NCBI GenBank assembly: GCA_016927185.1
Contig: JAFGND010000071.1
Span: forward strand, 62,001-126,000
DNA: 64,000 bases
Direction: 5' to 3'
DNA from: Candidatus Coatesbacteria bacterium
GTDB taxonomy: Bacteria; JAFGND01
Below, in pieces: positions 27,629-37,291 of the stretch; the stretch's first letter is position 1; each line of letters starts with the position of its first letter. The notes beneath the pieces are model-generated. The model was not told the origin of the DNA. It worked only from the letters and a program-made list of their open reading frames with translations, and did no database searches. Position numbers and translations under genes: made by a program.

Positions 27629-28831
27629 TCAGAAATTCAGCCTTAATATTAAGTCAAAAGTATGCCTGACAAATCTATCTGCTTTTGGATTAGCTTGACT
27701 TTCCTCATAATTATAAGGATTCCATGAATAATTATATATTCTATACATTGGGATTAAGTAACCTGAAAAAGATTCTTTATTCTTGATTTTCTTTTTTTTG
27801 ATAAATTCTTTTAATTCAATAGGATATTTCAAATTTAACAAATAATTATTTTTTCTGAACCATTTTTCATAACCGTCAATGCTTCCTAACTTGTAATTTC
27901 TTGCATATTGAAGAGTTATATCTGTAGAGCCAAATTTCAGTTTTCTAAAGAAGTTACCTAAAATTATAAAAGCTTTCTCCTGATTATTCATAGCCTTGAT
28001 ATTTCCTTCTGCATCTGCTTGGGAAAATGAATAATAATGAGCAAATCCAAGATTAAGATATGTTTTTTTATTGAAATTCAGTTTTGCTTCTAAACCTCCA
28101 GTCCTTTTTGAAGGTAATCGACTGTAAGTACCATCTGCATTTTGATTGCCGTTAATTCCTTTGTCAGTATAGTACAAATTTGCACTCGCCTCCATGAAAT
28201 CATAGAATGGCTTATAATCAAAAGAAAAACCAAGAGTAGTCTGGTTTTCTCCTGGAGTTTTTTGATATTCATTATCTTCAAATGACTTATATTCAGTTGT
28301 GAAACCCTCACTTACGATATCTGAAATAAAACCAATCTTGAATATATCTTCATCAAAAAAAGCTGTTTTGAAACCTGTAAGAAAGCCTTTTCTTTTGGAA
28401 AAAGCATTATCAACTGGTTCTGAGGTATAATAATGGAGACTGATTGCAGAGTTTTCCTTTTGAGAATATCTACCAAAAGATATTTCCCAGTTTATATTTT
28501 TATAGTTGACTGATGCCTGGGTTAAAATTAAATCTGGAGACTGAGGAGCAATAGAAAGTCCATCTGGTTCGTTGATGCCAAGCTCAATAGCTGACCAGAA
28601 ATTATTCTTGAATTTTGCTTCCAAACCCAGCTTGCCACCATAGAGGAAATAACCATCTCTTGATTTCTTTTCTTTTTCCTGATCATCTGCAATATTTGAA
28701 TCATCAGTACTTCTATCAAATTCATATCGATATCTTGTTTCATAATATCCAGAAGCCTTAAGCCAGTTGGGAATTGCTTCTGAAAGAGAATATACTAGTA
28801 GAATCAAGGTTACAATATAATAAATTTGCAT
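27629..28831 (-). CDS. Putative outer-membrane beta-barrel protein (paralog B)
   Basis: Signal peptide MQIYYIVTLILLVYSLSEA (start moved to 28831 because the track start lies inside a terminator), amphipathic strands, and C-terminal Phe. Confidence 0.75.
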   Translation of the reverse strand: MQIYYIVTLILLVYSLSEAIPNWLKASGYYETRYRYEFDRSTDDSNIADDQEKEKKSRDGYFLYGGKLGLEAKFKNNFWSAIELGINEPDGLSIAPQSPDLILTQASVNYKNINWEISFGRYSQKENSAISLHYYTSEPVDNAFSKRKGFLTGFKTAFFDEDIFKIGFISDIVSEGFTTEYKSFEDNEYQKTPGENQTTLGFSFDYKPFYDFMEASANLYYTDKGINGNQNADGTYSRLPSKRTGGLEAKLNFNKKTYLNLGFAHYYSFSQADAEGNIKAMNNQEKAFIILGNFFRKLKFGSTDITLQYARNYKLGSIDGYEKWFRKNNYLLNLKYPIELKEFIKKKKIKNKESFSGYLIPMYRIYNYSWNPYNYEESQANPKADRFVRHTFDLILRLNF

Positions 28832-28867
28832 GATGCAGTGAATGGTAGAATTGAAGAATTTGTCCAT

Positions 28868-28898
28868 AAAAAAAACCCCTTCTCTCATGAAGGGGTTT
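28868..28898 (-). terminator. Intrinsic terminator between the two barrel paralogs
   Basis: AAACCCCTTC-N6-GAAGGGGTTT hairpin followed by a T run on the minus strand. Confidence 0.8.
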
Positions 28899-28919
28899 AT
28901 ATTGTGATTTTAAAAGGAA

Positions 28920-30113
28920 TTAGAACTTTCCGCCTAAAATCATTTCAAAACGCATTTTGGTATCCTTATCCAGAGTAACTGTATCATCAGGATCCCATGT
29001 TGTCATCCATACCTTAATTCTAGGCTTGAGATAAATCTGGGTTTTAGCGCGTTTTGCTTCATTGTCAGTATCCAACCTGCCAAGAATTAATGGGTATTCT
29101 ACTCTGAAAAACATTGTATTAAAGGTTATGTCAGTTTCGTTGTCATTGTTATCTCTGACAGTGTTTTTCCACGATCCATAGTGACCCATCAATACTAGTG
29201 ATCCCGGTCCCAAGTCTTTGAAAGTGAGTCCGCCAAGAATGTTCATTGCACTGTCTTTATAGTAAATTGCATTGATATTCTTGTCAGCATCTCTTTCCTT
29301 GTCTATACTGCAGGATGACATTCCTCCACCAATCGAGAAATTCACTTTTTCTGTAATATCATAACCAATTGATGCACCAAATGTAATTCTGCTTGGAATT
29401 CTTTCGTAAGTAGTTCCAAAAGTATCTGATGCAGTAGTTATTGCTTCTAGTGAATACAATATCATTGGTTCAAATTTGAATGCGTCTTTTTCCATGAATT
29501 TCATTGGAATTGAACCACCAACTACCCACTGATCTTTTGATGGATTTTCTGTTTCTGTTCCTTCTTTTGTTTTTGTTGTGTAACCATGAGTGTTATAAAC
29601 AGCATCAGTGAGAATCCTGAACATGACATTCTTATTAACCCTGAATCCTGGGGTTATACCCATCATGTAACCACGGTTTTCAGCCCACCATTTGTCAACA
29701 GGTTGTGAATAATTATAATGAAGAATATTTACTGCATGATCTTCTTCACCGTATTTTCCCATTCCAAATATCCATTTGTCGTCATCATAGTAAATAGCAG
29801 CTTCATCCACAATGATCGTCATATCACTTGGTGCTTTTACCATGTTGCTTACTCCATCAAGACCAATTGTCAAATTTGCTCTTAATGCATTACGAAATTT
29901 GGCATCAACCCCGACAAATCCTCCATAAAGGAATGAAAGATCATTATATTTGGATTCCTTTAGCCTCATGTCTGAATCTGAATCAGTATTGTTTGTCTGG
30001 TTATCCATTTCATAACGAAAGCGACCTTCAGCCATTCCAAAGAAATCCAGATCCAGGGCTGCTAATGAACTAATGACAGATAAAACTGTCAACACAACCA
30101 ACAAGTACTTCAT
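28920..30113 (-). CDS. Putative outer-membrane beta-barrel protein (paralog A)
   Basis: Signal peptide MKYLLVVLTVLSVISSLAA, GGAGG RBS, beta-strand periodicity, and C-terminal ...ILGGKF. Confidence 0.8.
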   Translation of the reverse strand: MKYLLVVLTVLSVISSLAALDLDFFGMAEGRFRYEMDNQTNNTDSDSDMRLKESKYNDLSFLYGGFVGVDAKFRNALRANLTIGLDGVSNMVKAPSDMTIIVDEAAIYYDDDKWIFGMGKYGEEDHAVNILHYNYSQPVDKWWAENRGYMMGITPGFRVNKNVMFRILTDAVYNTHGYTTKTKEGTETENPSKDQWVVGGSIPMKFMEKDAFKFEPMILYSLEAITTASDTFGTTYERIPSRITFGASIGYDITEKVNFSIGGGMSSCSIDKERDADKNINAIYYKDSAMNILGGLTFKDLGPGSLVLMGHYGSWKNTVRDNNDNETDITFNTMFFRVEYPLILGRLDTDNEAKRAKTQIYLKPRIKVWMTTWDPDDTVTLDKDTKMRFEMILGGKF

Positions 30114-30165
30114 TTCTAACCTCCTAATTTAAACATCTATTCAAAACAATCAATCTCGTACTAAA

Positions 30166-31332
30166 TCAATCTCTTTTTTTCCTCAAGAATGCAGGAACAG
30201 TATGCATTTCGCTATTTCCTAAACCCGATACTTTTTTCTTTTCTGAATGAGTTTCCCTTACCTGTTCCTCCTGTACGAATTTTTCATCTTGTTTCAGTTC
30301 TCTTTTCACATCATTCAAGTCCACTACTTTCTTTTGAATATCAATTATTGGACGTTCTATCTTCTTTCCAAATCCTGTTGCCACAACTGTTACCCTGAAT
30401 TCATCATCTAACGAAGGATCGTCTACAAGACCTTTAATAATATGTGCATTATCTCCTACTGCTTCCATAATAACCTTGCAAGCATCAAGATATTCTTTGA
30501 ATTTTGGCTTGTTTGCAGATACATTTATAAGCAGCCCTTTTGCACCTTTTATAGATATTTCCTCCATTAGAGGACAGCTAATAGCTTCTTGCGCTGCCTG
30601 AATAGCTCTGTTTGAACCAGTAGCTATTCCCATTCCCATATAACTATCTCCACCCATACTCATTATTGTCTTTACATCACTGAAATCAAGATTAATACGA
30701 CCATAAACATTTATCAAATCGCTAATCCCTTTGGTTGCCCTGTAAAGTACATCATCTACTTTTCTTAATGCATCTTCATACTCTTCGTTTTCATCAATAA
30801 GTGAAAGAAGCTTCTCGTTAGGAATAACAATTGTTGCATCTACTCTGGATTTCAATTCTTCAATTCCTTCCAAAGCGTGCTGCATCCTTATTTTTCCTTC
30901 AACATCAAAAGGCAGAGTCACAATAGCTACTGTTAAAGCCCCTAGTTCTTTAGATATTTCAGCTATAACTGGTGCAGCTCCAGTTCCTGTTCCACCTCCC
31001 ATCCCTGCAGTAATGAAAACCATGTCAGCTCCATCAAGTACTTCTGCAATAACCTCTCTGTCTTCTTCCGCAGAACGTCTTCCCACTTCGGGATCTGAAC
31101 CAGCGCCTAGACCTTTTGTTACATGTCTTCCGATCTGGAGTTTGATAGGAGCTTCACACATATCCAGAGCTTGTCTGTCAGTATTCAAAGCTATGAAGTC
31201 CAGTCCGCATAATCCAGCGTCAATCATTCTGTCAATTGCATTACTACCAGCACCTCCTACTCCAATTACTTTCATCATGTTTTGACTTTGATCAAGAACA
31301 TCATCCATTGAAAATGTCATTTGATGATCCAT
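30166..31332 (-). CDS. ftsZ: Cell division protein FtsZ
   Basis: VIGVGGAGSNA, GLGAG, GMGGGTGTG, INLDFSD, C-terminal VPAFLRK. Confidence 0.99.
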   Translation of the reverse strand: MDHQMTFSMDDVLDQSQNMMKVIGVGGAGSNAIDRMIDAGLCGLDFIALNTDRQALDMCEAPIKLQIGRHVTKGLGAGSDPEVGRRSAEEDREVIAEVLDGADMVFITAGMGGGTGTGAAPVIAEISKELGALTVAIVTLPFDVEGKIRMQHALEGIEELKSRVDATIVIPNEKLLSLIDENEEYEDALRKVDDVLYRATKGISDLINVYGRINLDFSDVKTIMSMGGDSYMGMGIATGSNRAIQAAQEAISCPLMEEISIKGAKGLLINVSANKPKFKEYLDACKVIMEAVGDNAHIIKGLVDDPSLDDEFRVTVVATGFGKKIERPIIDIQKKVVDLNDVKRELKQDEKFVQEEQVRETHSEKKKVSGLGNSEMHTVPAFLRKKRD

Positions 31333-31375
31333 AGTGCCCCCTTATATATTAATTCATTTTCTTCATGAAATTTGT

Positions 31376-32614
31376 TTATAAAAACCTTTTAAAAAAATGT
31401 ACAAATCTCTTAAACCAGTCTCCTTTTCGATTAGCATATCTCCTGTCCCTCGAGCCACTTAAATAATGCTTTTTTCCCCAATAAATCAATCCTAACACTG
31501 TAGCAAAAGAGGGATCTGAAAGCGGATTTGTCAGCCCTTTGATGTCCTTGAGTCTTGGAGCGCCAGTCTTCACTGTTGTAGTAAAAATCTTCTCTGCAAG
31601 TATATCAATACCCTTCATGTTTGATGTTCCACCAGTTAATATTATGCTCAAGGTTATCTTGTTATAAAGATTTAACTTAAGCAAATCATCATGAGCCATA
31701 ACCAGTATTTCCTGAAGCCTGTCTTCTATAATTCCACACAGAATATGTTGAGGAATAGGTTTTTCTCCTCTGCCCCCAAGTAATTGGAGATCTATGAATA
31801 TATCTTCTTTTGCCAGATTAGACATGGCAAGACCCTTTTCCTTCTTTATTATTTCTGCTTGATTAATAGGAGTTTGAAGACCCTTGGCGATATCATAAGT
31901 TACGTGTTTTCCTCCAAAGTTCAAGATTGATAATCGTCTTAGACTTCCATCAAAAAAAGCTGCAATCTCAGTTGTTCCTCCACCGATATCAATCAGTACA
32001 ACTCCTAGCTCTTTTTCATCGGGATCAAGAACACTTTCTGTTGAAGCAAGAGGTGCTGCTATTAATTGTTCTATCTCCAAATCAGCCCCTTGGACAGCAC
32101 GTCTGATATTCTGAATGAATGGAGTTGATCCTACAATCACCTGTACTTCAGCTTCCAGTCTTATTCCATTCATGCCTATTGGATATTTTATCCCTGATTG
32201 TCCATCTATTATGTATTCTCTCGGTAAAATGTGCAGAATTTCAGTGTCACTTGGCAGTACAATCATCTTGGCGTTATCAAGAACTCTCCTTACATCTTCT
32301 TCGGTAATCTCCTTGTCAGGTCTGGCGATAGTAACCAAACCTTTGCTTTCTATATCTCTTATATGATTTCCGCTGATTGATACAAATACGCTTGAGATCT
32401 TTATTCCAGAAGTATTTTGAGCCTCATCAACACTTCTTCTGATGCTGTTGACAGTCTCTTGAAGATCAATAACAATACCTTCCCTGATTCCTGAGGTTTC
32501 GCTTGTACCTATCCCCATGATATTTATGCTTGAACTGAATACTTCAGCTACTATTGTAGCAACTTTTGTACTCCCGATATCAAGACCTACGACAATAATT
32601 CCATCTTCTTCCAT
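31376..32614 (-). CDS. ftsA: Cell division protein FtsA
   Basis: GLDIGSTKV, IDIGGGTT, LTGG, C-terminal amphipathic helix. Confidence 0.98.
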   Translation of the reverse strand: MEEDGIIVVGLDIGSTKVATIVAEVFSSSINIMGIGTSETSGIREGIVIDLQETVNSIRRSVDEAQNTSGIKISSVFVSISGNHIRDIESKGLVTIARPDKEITEEDVRRVLDNAKMIVLPSDTEILHILPREYIIDGQSGIKYPIGMNGIRLEAEVQVIVGSTPFIQNIRRAVQGADLEIEQLIAAPLASTESVLDPDEKELGVVLIDIGGGTTEIAAFFDGSLRRLSILNFGGKHVTYDIAKGLQTPINQAEIIKKEKGLAMSNLAKEDIFIDLQLLGGRGEKPIPQHILCGIIEDRLQEILVMAHDDLLKLNLYNKITLSIILTGGTSNMKGIDILAEKIFTTTVKTGAPRLKDIKGLTNPLSDPSFATVLGLIYWGKKHYLSGSRDRRYANRKGDWFKRFVHFFKRFL

Positions 32615-32616
32615 GT

Positions 32617-33423
32617 TTATCCCTTTTTATTAGTTTTTCCTCTTACAATAATCTGATCCTTGAATCTCAAGTCAAAGAATCTTCCTTCAGGATAGGGGAA
32701 TTCGAATTTTTTAATATTAGCTAGTTTATTCCACTTGTGGTCATAATCTCCCTGACCAAAACATAATGTGTCTTTTGGAGATCTTATTGATACAGCACAT
32801 AATAATCCATTTTCTTCTCTTGCTTCTTTCTTGAAGAATATCTTATAAAGTTCTTTCCTCAAATCAGATTCTACCAATGATAAAGCGAGATAATACCTTG
32901 GATCATTTATTAATGCTCCTGGATATGCTTCCTCATTTGGGATGCTAAGAAGTATTCTTGGAAGGACATAACCAATAGGAGCACAAGGCAAAATATACCC
33001 ATCCCAACTAGTTGCCCATAACAACCTGTCTTCAGTCTGAATAAAACATGCTATTTTTTTCTCCTCAATTTTTATAGAAACCTTGTCTGGGAATTTTTTT
33101 GTTATCTCAGCACTTGTAATGAGAGGATGTTGCTTGAGTCTTTTTTCTATATCATTTTCATTAATCGAAAAAATACTTGAATTTTCAATATTGGATATAT
33201 TGAGAATATCATCAGGTGTCAAAATCTCGTTACCAGAAATTTTAATATTCTTTGCTACAAAAATTGGCTCACCATCAAACCATGATTGTCCAATTATGAA
33301 TATCCATAATATGAATATAATAGTTCCAGCAGAAATCACTGCAAAAAGCTGTCCTTTCCTTGAAATATTCTTCATCTGCCTTAATCCCGGCAGTATTAAT
33401 CCATTTCGCTTAAGATCTGACAT
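32617..33423 (-). CDS. ftsQ: Cell division protein FtsQ/DivIB
   Basis: Single TM, POTRA (ISGN...KKFPD.V.I.IEE), C-terminal DLRFKDQI; upstream of ftsA. Confidence 0.9.
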   Translation of the reverse strand: MSDLKRNGLILPGLRQMKNISRKGQLFAVISAGTIIFILWIFIIGQSWFDGEPIFVAKNIKISGNEILTPDDILNISNIENSSIFSINENDIEKRLKQHPLITSAEITKKFPDKVSIKIEEKKIACFIQTEDRLLWATSWDGYILPCAPIGYVLPRILLSIPNEEAYPGALINDPRYYLALSLVESDLRKELYKIFFKKEAREENGLLCAVSIRSPKDTLCFGQGDYDHKWNKLANIKKFEFPYPEGRFFDLRFKDQIIVRGKTNKKG

Positions 33424-34763
33424 ATCTTATTTACGTTTCCTGCTCCAATTGTTAATACTATTTTCTCAACTGAACGTTCTTTTTCGAGATACTTGACAAT
33501 ATCCTCAAATTTACCTATGTAATGCGAATTCCGGTGACCAAAAGCCTTGGCAAGATCAGCCACCATCTTACCATTTATACTTGGGATAGGTTCTTCTCTT
33601 GCAGGATATATATCAGTTACTATAAGTTCATTTGCCAAATGAAATGATTTTGCGAATTCTTCCTTGAAATCTTTTGTCCTTGAGTATAAATGTGGTTGAA
33701 AGATGCATGTCAATTTTCCTTGCCAGTATTGTCTAACAGCATTTAAAGTTGCCTTGATCTCTGTTGGATGATGAGCATAGTCATCCATTAGAATATTATT
33801 GCCAAATGTACCTATTTTCTCGAATCTCCTGTGAACACCAGGAAAGGTTTTTAAAGCTTTTGCAACTATCTTCATAGGGATATTAAGTTCATTAGCAATA
33901 GCAATGCTTGCCAGGCTATTCAGAACATTATGTATTCCTGGGATGGATAGTTCAAAGAATCCAAGATCATTATTGTTATTATATAGAACCCTGTATTTAG
34001 TTGAGAAACCATTACATTTGATTTCTGTAGCCATATAGTTTGCCTGAGGATTAAGTCCATAAGTCCTGACTGATTTATCTATACCTGGCAAGATATCCTG
34101 AATACCAGCATCATCAAGACAAACAATGACTCTTCCGTAGAATGGTACCCTGTTTGCAAACTGTACAAAGCTTTGCTTGACATCCTGGAAATTGGCATAA
34201 ACATCCATATGTTCGGCTTCAATATTTGTAATTATTGCAATAACAGGGGATAATGATAAAAAACTCCTGTCAAATTCACAAGCTTCAACAACAATATATT
34301 CACCTCTTCCGAGTTTAGCATTAGCTTCAAAACTCTTTACTTTGCCTCCTACTATTACAGTGGGATCCAATCCGGCAATAGTAAGCAGATGACCAATCAT
34401 TGAGGTGGTGGTTGTCTTGCCATGTGTTCCTGCTATCCCGATACCAGATTTCATTCTCATTAATTCTCCAAGCATTTCAGCTCTTCTGATAACAGGCAGA
34501 CCTCTCCTTATTGCTTCAGCAACTTCCGGATTATCTTTATCTACAGCAGAAGAATATACTATAACTTCAGCATCTCCGATATTTGAGGCATTATGTCCTT
34601 CATAAATGACTGCTCCCATTGCAACAAGATTATCTGTAATAGGGGAAAGTTTCAAATCACTGCCAGTAACCTTGAAATTCAAATTTAAAAGTATTTCTGC
34701 TATTCCACACATTCCAGCACCGCCAATTCCAACCATATGCAATCTTTTAATATTGAGGAACAT
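33396..34763 (-). CDS. murC: UDP-N-acetylmuramate--L-alanine ligase
   Basis: GIGGAGM, AGTHGKTTT, DDYAHHPTE, FQPHLYSRT. Confidence 0.98.
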   Translation of the reverse strand: MFLNIKRLHMVGIGGAGMCGIAEILLNLNFKVTGSDLKLSPITDNLVAMGAVIYEGHNASNIGDAEVIVYSSAVDKDNPEVAEAIRRGLPVIRRAEMLGELMRMKSGIGIAGTHGKTTTTSMIGHLLTIAGLDPTVIVGGKVKSFEANAKLGRGEYIVVEACEFDRSFLSLSPVIAIITNIEAEHMDVYANFQDVKQSFVQFANRVPFYGRVIVCLDDAGIQDILPGIDKSVRTYGLNPQANYMATEIKCNGFSTKYRVLYNNNNDLGFFELSIPGIHNVLNSLASIAIANELNIPMKIVAKALKTFPGVHRRFEKIGTFGNNILMDDYAHHPTEIKATLNAVRQYWQGKLTCIFQPHLYSRTKDFKEEFAKSFHLANELIVTDIYPAREEPIPSINGKMVADLAKAFGHRNSHYIGKFEDIVKYLEKERSVEKIVLTIGAGNVNKICQILSEMD

Positions 34764-35913
34764 AGTTTATTTTCACCTCGTTTCTGAAGGGCTCCTGGAT
34801 ATTATTCTCTAATGCAGAAAGTTTTTTCTTAACTGTATGTCTTGATATATTTATAATAACTGCCATTGATAAAAGATTGACTATTTGAGACGAACTCCCG
34901 TATGAAATAAACGGCAGAGGTAATCCTGTAACAGGTAGAGTACCTGTCACAACACCGATGTTTATCATAGCTTCAACAAATATGAAACCTATTGTTCCAG
35001 TTGTTAAATAATAGCTAAACATATCAGGGGAATTTCTTGCTATTACTACCCCTCTATATAAAAGCAAGAGAAATAGAATCATTACTATGGAAGTTCCTAC
35101 AAAACCTGTTTCTTCACCAAGAATTGCAAAAATGAAATCAGTATAAGGTTCAGGGAGGAAGAAAAACTTTTGTTGACTTTGACCAAGTCCCATTCCAGTT
35201 ATTTGACCTGATCCCAATGAAATAAGACTCTGTATAGTCTGATATCTGTTTTTCGGAGATGCTTGATCATTCAAAAGAAAGGCTTTAATTCTTTCTACTC
35301 TGTAGGGAGTAGCTAATGCCAGTATTCCGAATAACAATGTACCAATAAGAAGCATTGTTGTAAGATATTTGGTTGGTATTCTGGCTAAAATAAGCATGAT
35401 AATAGTAATTACTATGACCAGTAATGAAAATGAAAAATCAGGTTCCAGTAATATCAATAATGTTGTGACACCAACTACCGAAAGAAGTGGAATTAATCCA
35501 TTCTTCAAATCCCTGACACAATCCTTGTTGTGAGCAAGGTATCTTGCTATATAAACAACAAGTGTGAATCTAGCTATCTCAGAAGGCTGGAATTGCAATC
35601 CCATAATATTAACCCATCTTCTTGCCCCATTTACTATGACTCCAAATGGTGACCATGGAAGCAGCAAGAGAAACCATGATATTACAAGCATTAAGCCTGC
35701 GTATTTTTCAAGCCACTTATGCTTCATGAAAATTATAATGAGAATACTTATAATAAATCCAATAATAGTTCTTATAGTCTGACCGGTAAAATATTTGGAT
35801 GAATTTAAACCGCGATAATTTGCTGTAGCAGTACTTGCACTATAAATCATCAGCAATCCAATGAAAAACAGTATTATTACCACAGCTAACAATATGAAAT
35901 CCGGTTTATGCAT
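34747..35913 (-). CDS. ftsW: SEDS peptidoglycan polymerase FtsW
   Basis: NGARRW, FQPSE, LEPD, LPEPYTDFIFA, LPFISYGSSS. Confidence 0.97.
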   Translation of the reverse strand: MHKPDFILLAVVIILFFIGLLMIYSASTATANYRGLNSSKYFTGQTIRTIIGFIISILIIIFMKHKWLEKYAGLMLVISWFLLLLPWSPFGVIVNGARRWVNIMGLQFQPSEIARFTLVVYIARYLAHNKDCVRDLKNGLIPLLSVVGVTTLLILLEPDFSFSLLVIVITIIMLILARIPTKYLTTMLLIGTLLFGILALATPYRVERIKAFLLNDQASPKNRYQTIQSLISLGSGQITGMGLGQSQQKFFFLPEPYTDFIFAILGEETGFVGTSIVMILFLLLLYRGVVIARNSPDMFSYYLTTGTIGFIFVEAMINIGVVTGTLPVTGLPLPFISYGSSSQIVNLLSMAVIINISRHTVKKKLSALENNIQEPFRNEVKINYVPQY

Positions 35914-37291
35914 TTCTCTCTTCTATTTCTTTAACCAAATCAACAAAAACCTGCCCTCTATGTTCAAAATTATTGAATTGATCAAAAGAAGCACATCCTG
36001 GAGAGAGCAGAACATTGTCCCCTGGTTGTGCTATTTCGAAAGCCTTGATAATTGCTTTCTGAAGCGTTTTTACGTATTCAGAATTCTTGTTCCATAAATC
36101 AACAAGATCTTTTCCCAACTTACCAATTCCAAGTATGAATTTGCATTTATTGCTAACCAAATCTGTTAAACAGGAAAAATCATTATGTTTGTCATAACCT
36201 CCAGCTATAAGTATAATGGAATTGTCCTTAAAGGACTTAAGTGCAACTTCCATGGAGGCAGGATTAGTTGCTTTGCTATCATTTATATATTTCACTTTAT
36301 TTATCTCGGCAATAGTCTGTAACCTGTGGGGTAGGGGACTAAAGGTATTTATGCTTTCCCTAAGGACTTTTATCGGGATATTCAAATTATCTATCAAAGC
36401 CCAGGATGCCAGTATATTGAATCTGTTATGAGGACCAAGTAGTGAAATTGAATCTTTTGCATCAAGCAGTACGATCTCTTCTCCTACTCCCGTTTTCTTG
36501 CTGATTTTCATTCCCTCAAGGAAAAAACCAGAGCCTTCCTTGTTTAGTTTATTTATATAGATTTTTTCGGAAGAATTAGTGATCTCTGAAGAGGCTATTA
36601 TCGGATCAGCACAATTAATAACGATTCTGTCATTAGAATTCATGTTTTCAAAAATCCTGAATTTTGATTTCTTATAATCATCAATATTGACATATCTATC
36701 CAAATGATCCTCCGTGATATTCAATATGATTGCAGAATTTGGCTTGAAATACTTTATGTCATCTAGTTGAAAACTGCTAAGTTCAAGCGTAACATAGCTT
36801 TTATTGCTGCTTTTGTCCAGTACTGATACAAATGGTGTACCAATATTTCCGGCAAGGTATGAGTCAAATCCTGCGTATTTAAGTATATGATGGATAAGAG
36901 ATACAGTTGTAGATTTTCCATTGCTTCCTGTTACTGCAATTATTTTCCCCTTGAAAAACCATGAAGCTAATTCAATTTCGCTTATAATAGGGACTTTCCT
37001 TGCATCCAGGAAACTGAAAACCGGCTGATCTTTGCTTACTCCAGGGCTTATTACTACCATATCAACCGATTCTGCAAAATATGGTGAGTGACCTTCCCAT
37101 TCAAACTTGACTCCATGAGCTTCAAGAGATATAAGACTATCAACATCAACTATTTCATCACGTTTCTTTTGTTCCGTCACATAGACTTTTACACCACGAT
37201 TTGTCAGGAATTGTGCAGTAGCAATTCCTGTTCTTGCAAATCCTATAATCCCTATTGTGTTTCTAGGCGTAACGAGAGTTTTTAAATCCAT
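35906..37291 (-). CDS. murD: UDP-MurNAc-L-Ala--D-glutamate ligase
   Basis: TGSNGKSTT, ELSSFQL, DHLDRY, NDSKATN, LSPGCASFDQF. Confidence 0.98.
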   Translation of the reverse strand: MDLKTLVTPRNTIGIIGFARTGIATAQFLTNRGVKVYVTEQKKRDEIVDVDSLISLEAHGVKFEWEGHSPYFAESVDMVVISPGVSKDQPVFSFLDARKVPIISEIELASWFFKGKIIAVTGSNGKSTTVSLIHHILKYAGFDSYLAGNIGTPFVSVLDKSSNKSYVTLELSSFQLDDIKYFKPNSAIILNITEDHLDRYVNIDDYKKSKFRIFENMNSNDRIVINCADPIIASSEITNSSEKIYINKLNKEGSGFFLEGMKISKKTGVGEEIVLLDAKDSISLLGPHNRFNILASWALIDNLNIPIKVLRESINTFSPLPHRLQTIAEINKVKYINDSKATNPASMEVALKSFKDNSIILIAGGYDKHNDFSCLTDLVSNKCKFILGIGKLGKDLVDLWNKNSEYVKTLQKAIIKAFEIAQPGDNVLLSPGCASFDQFNNFEHRGQVFVDLVKEIEERNA

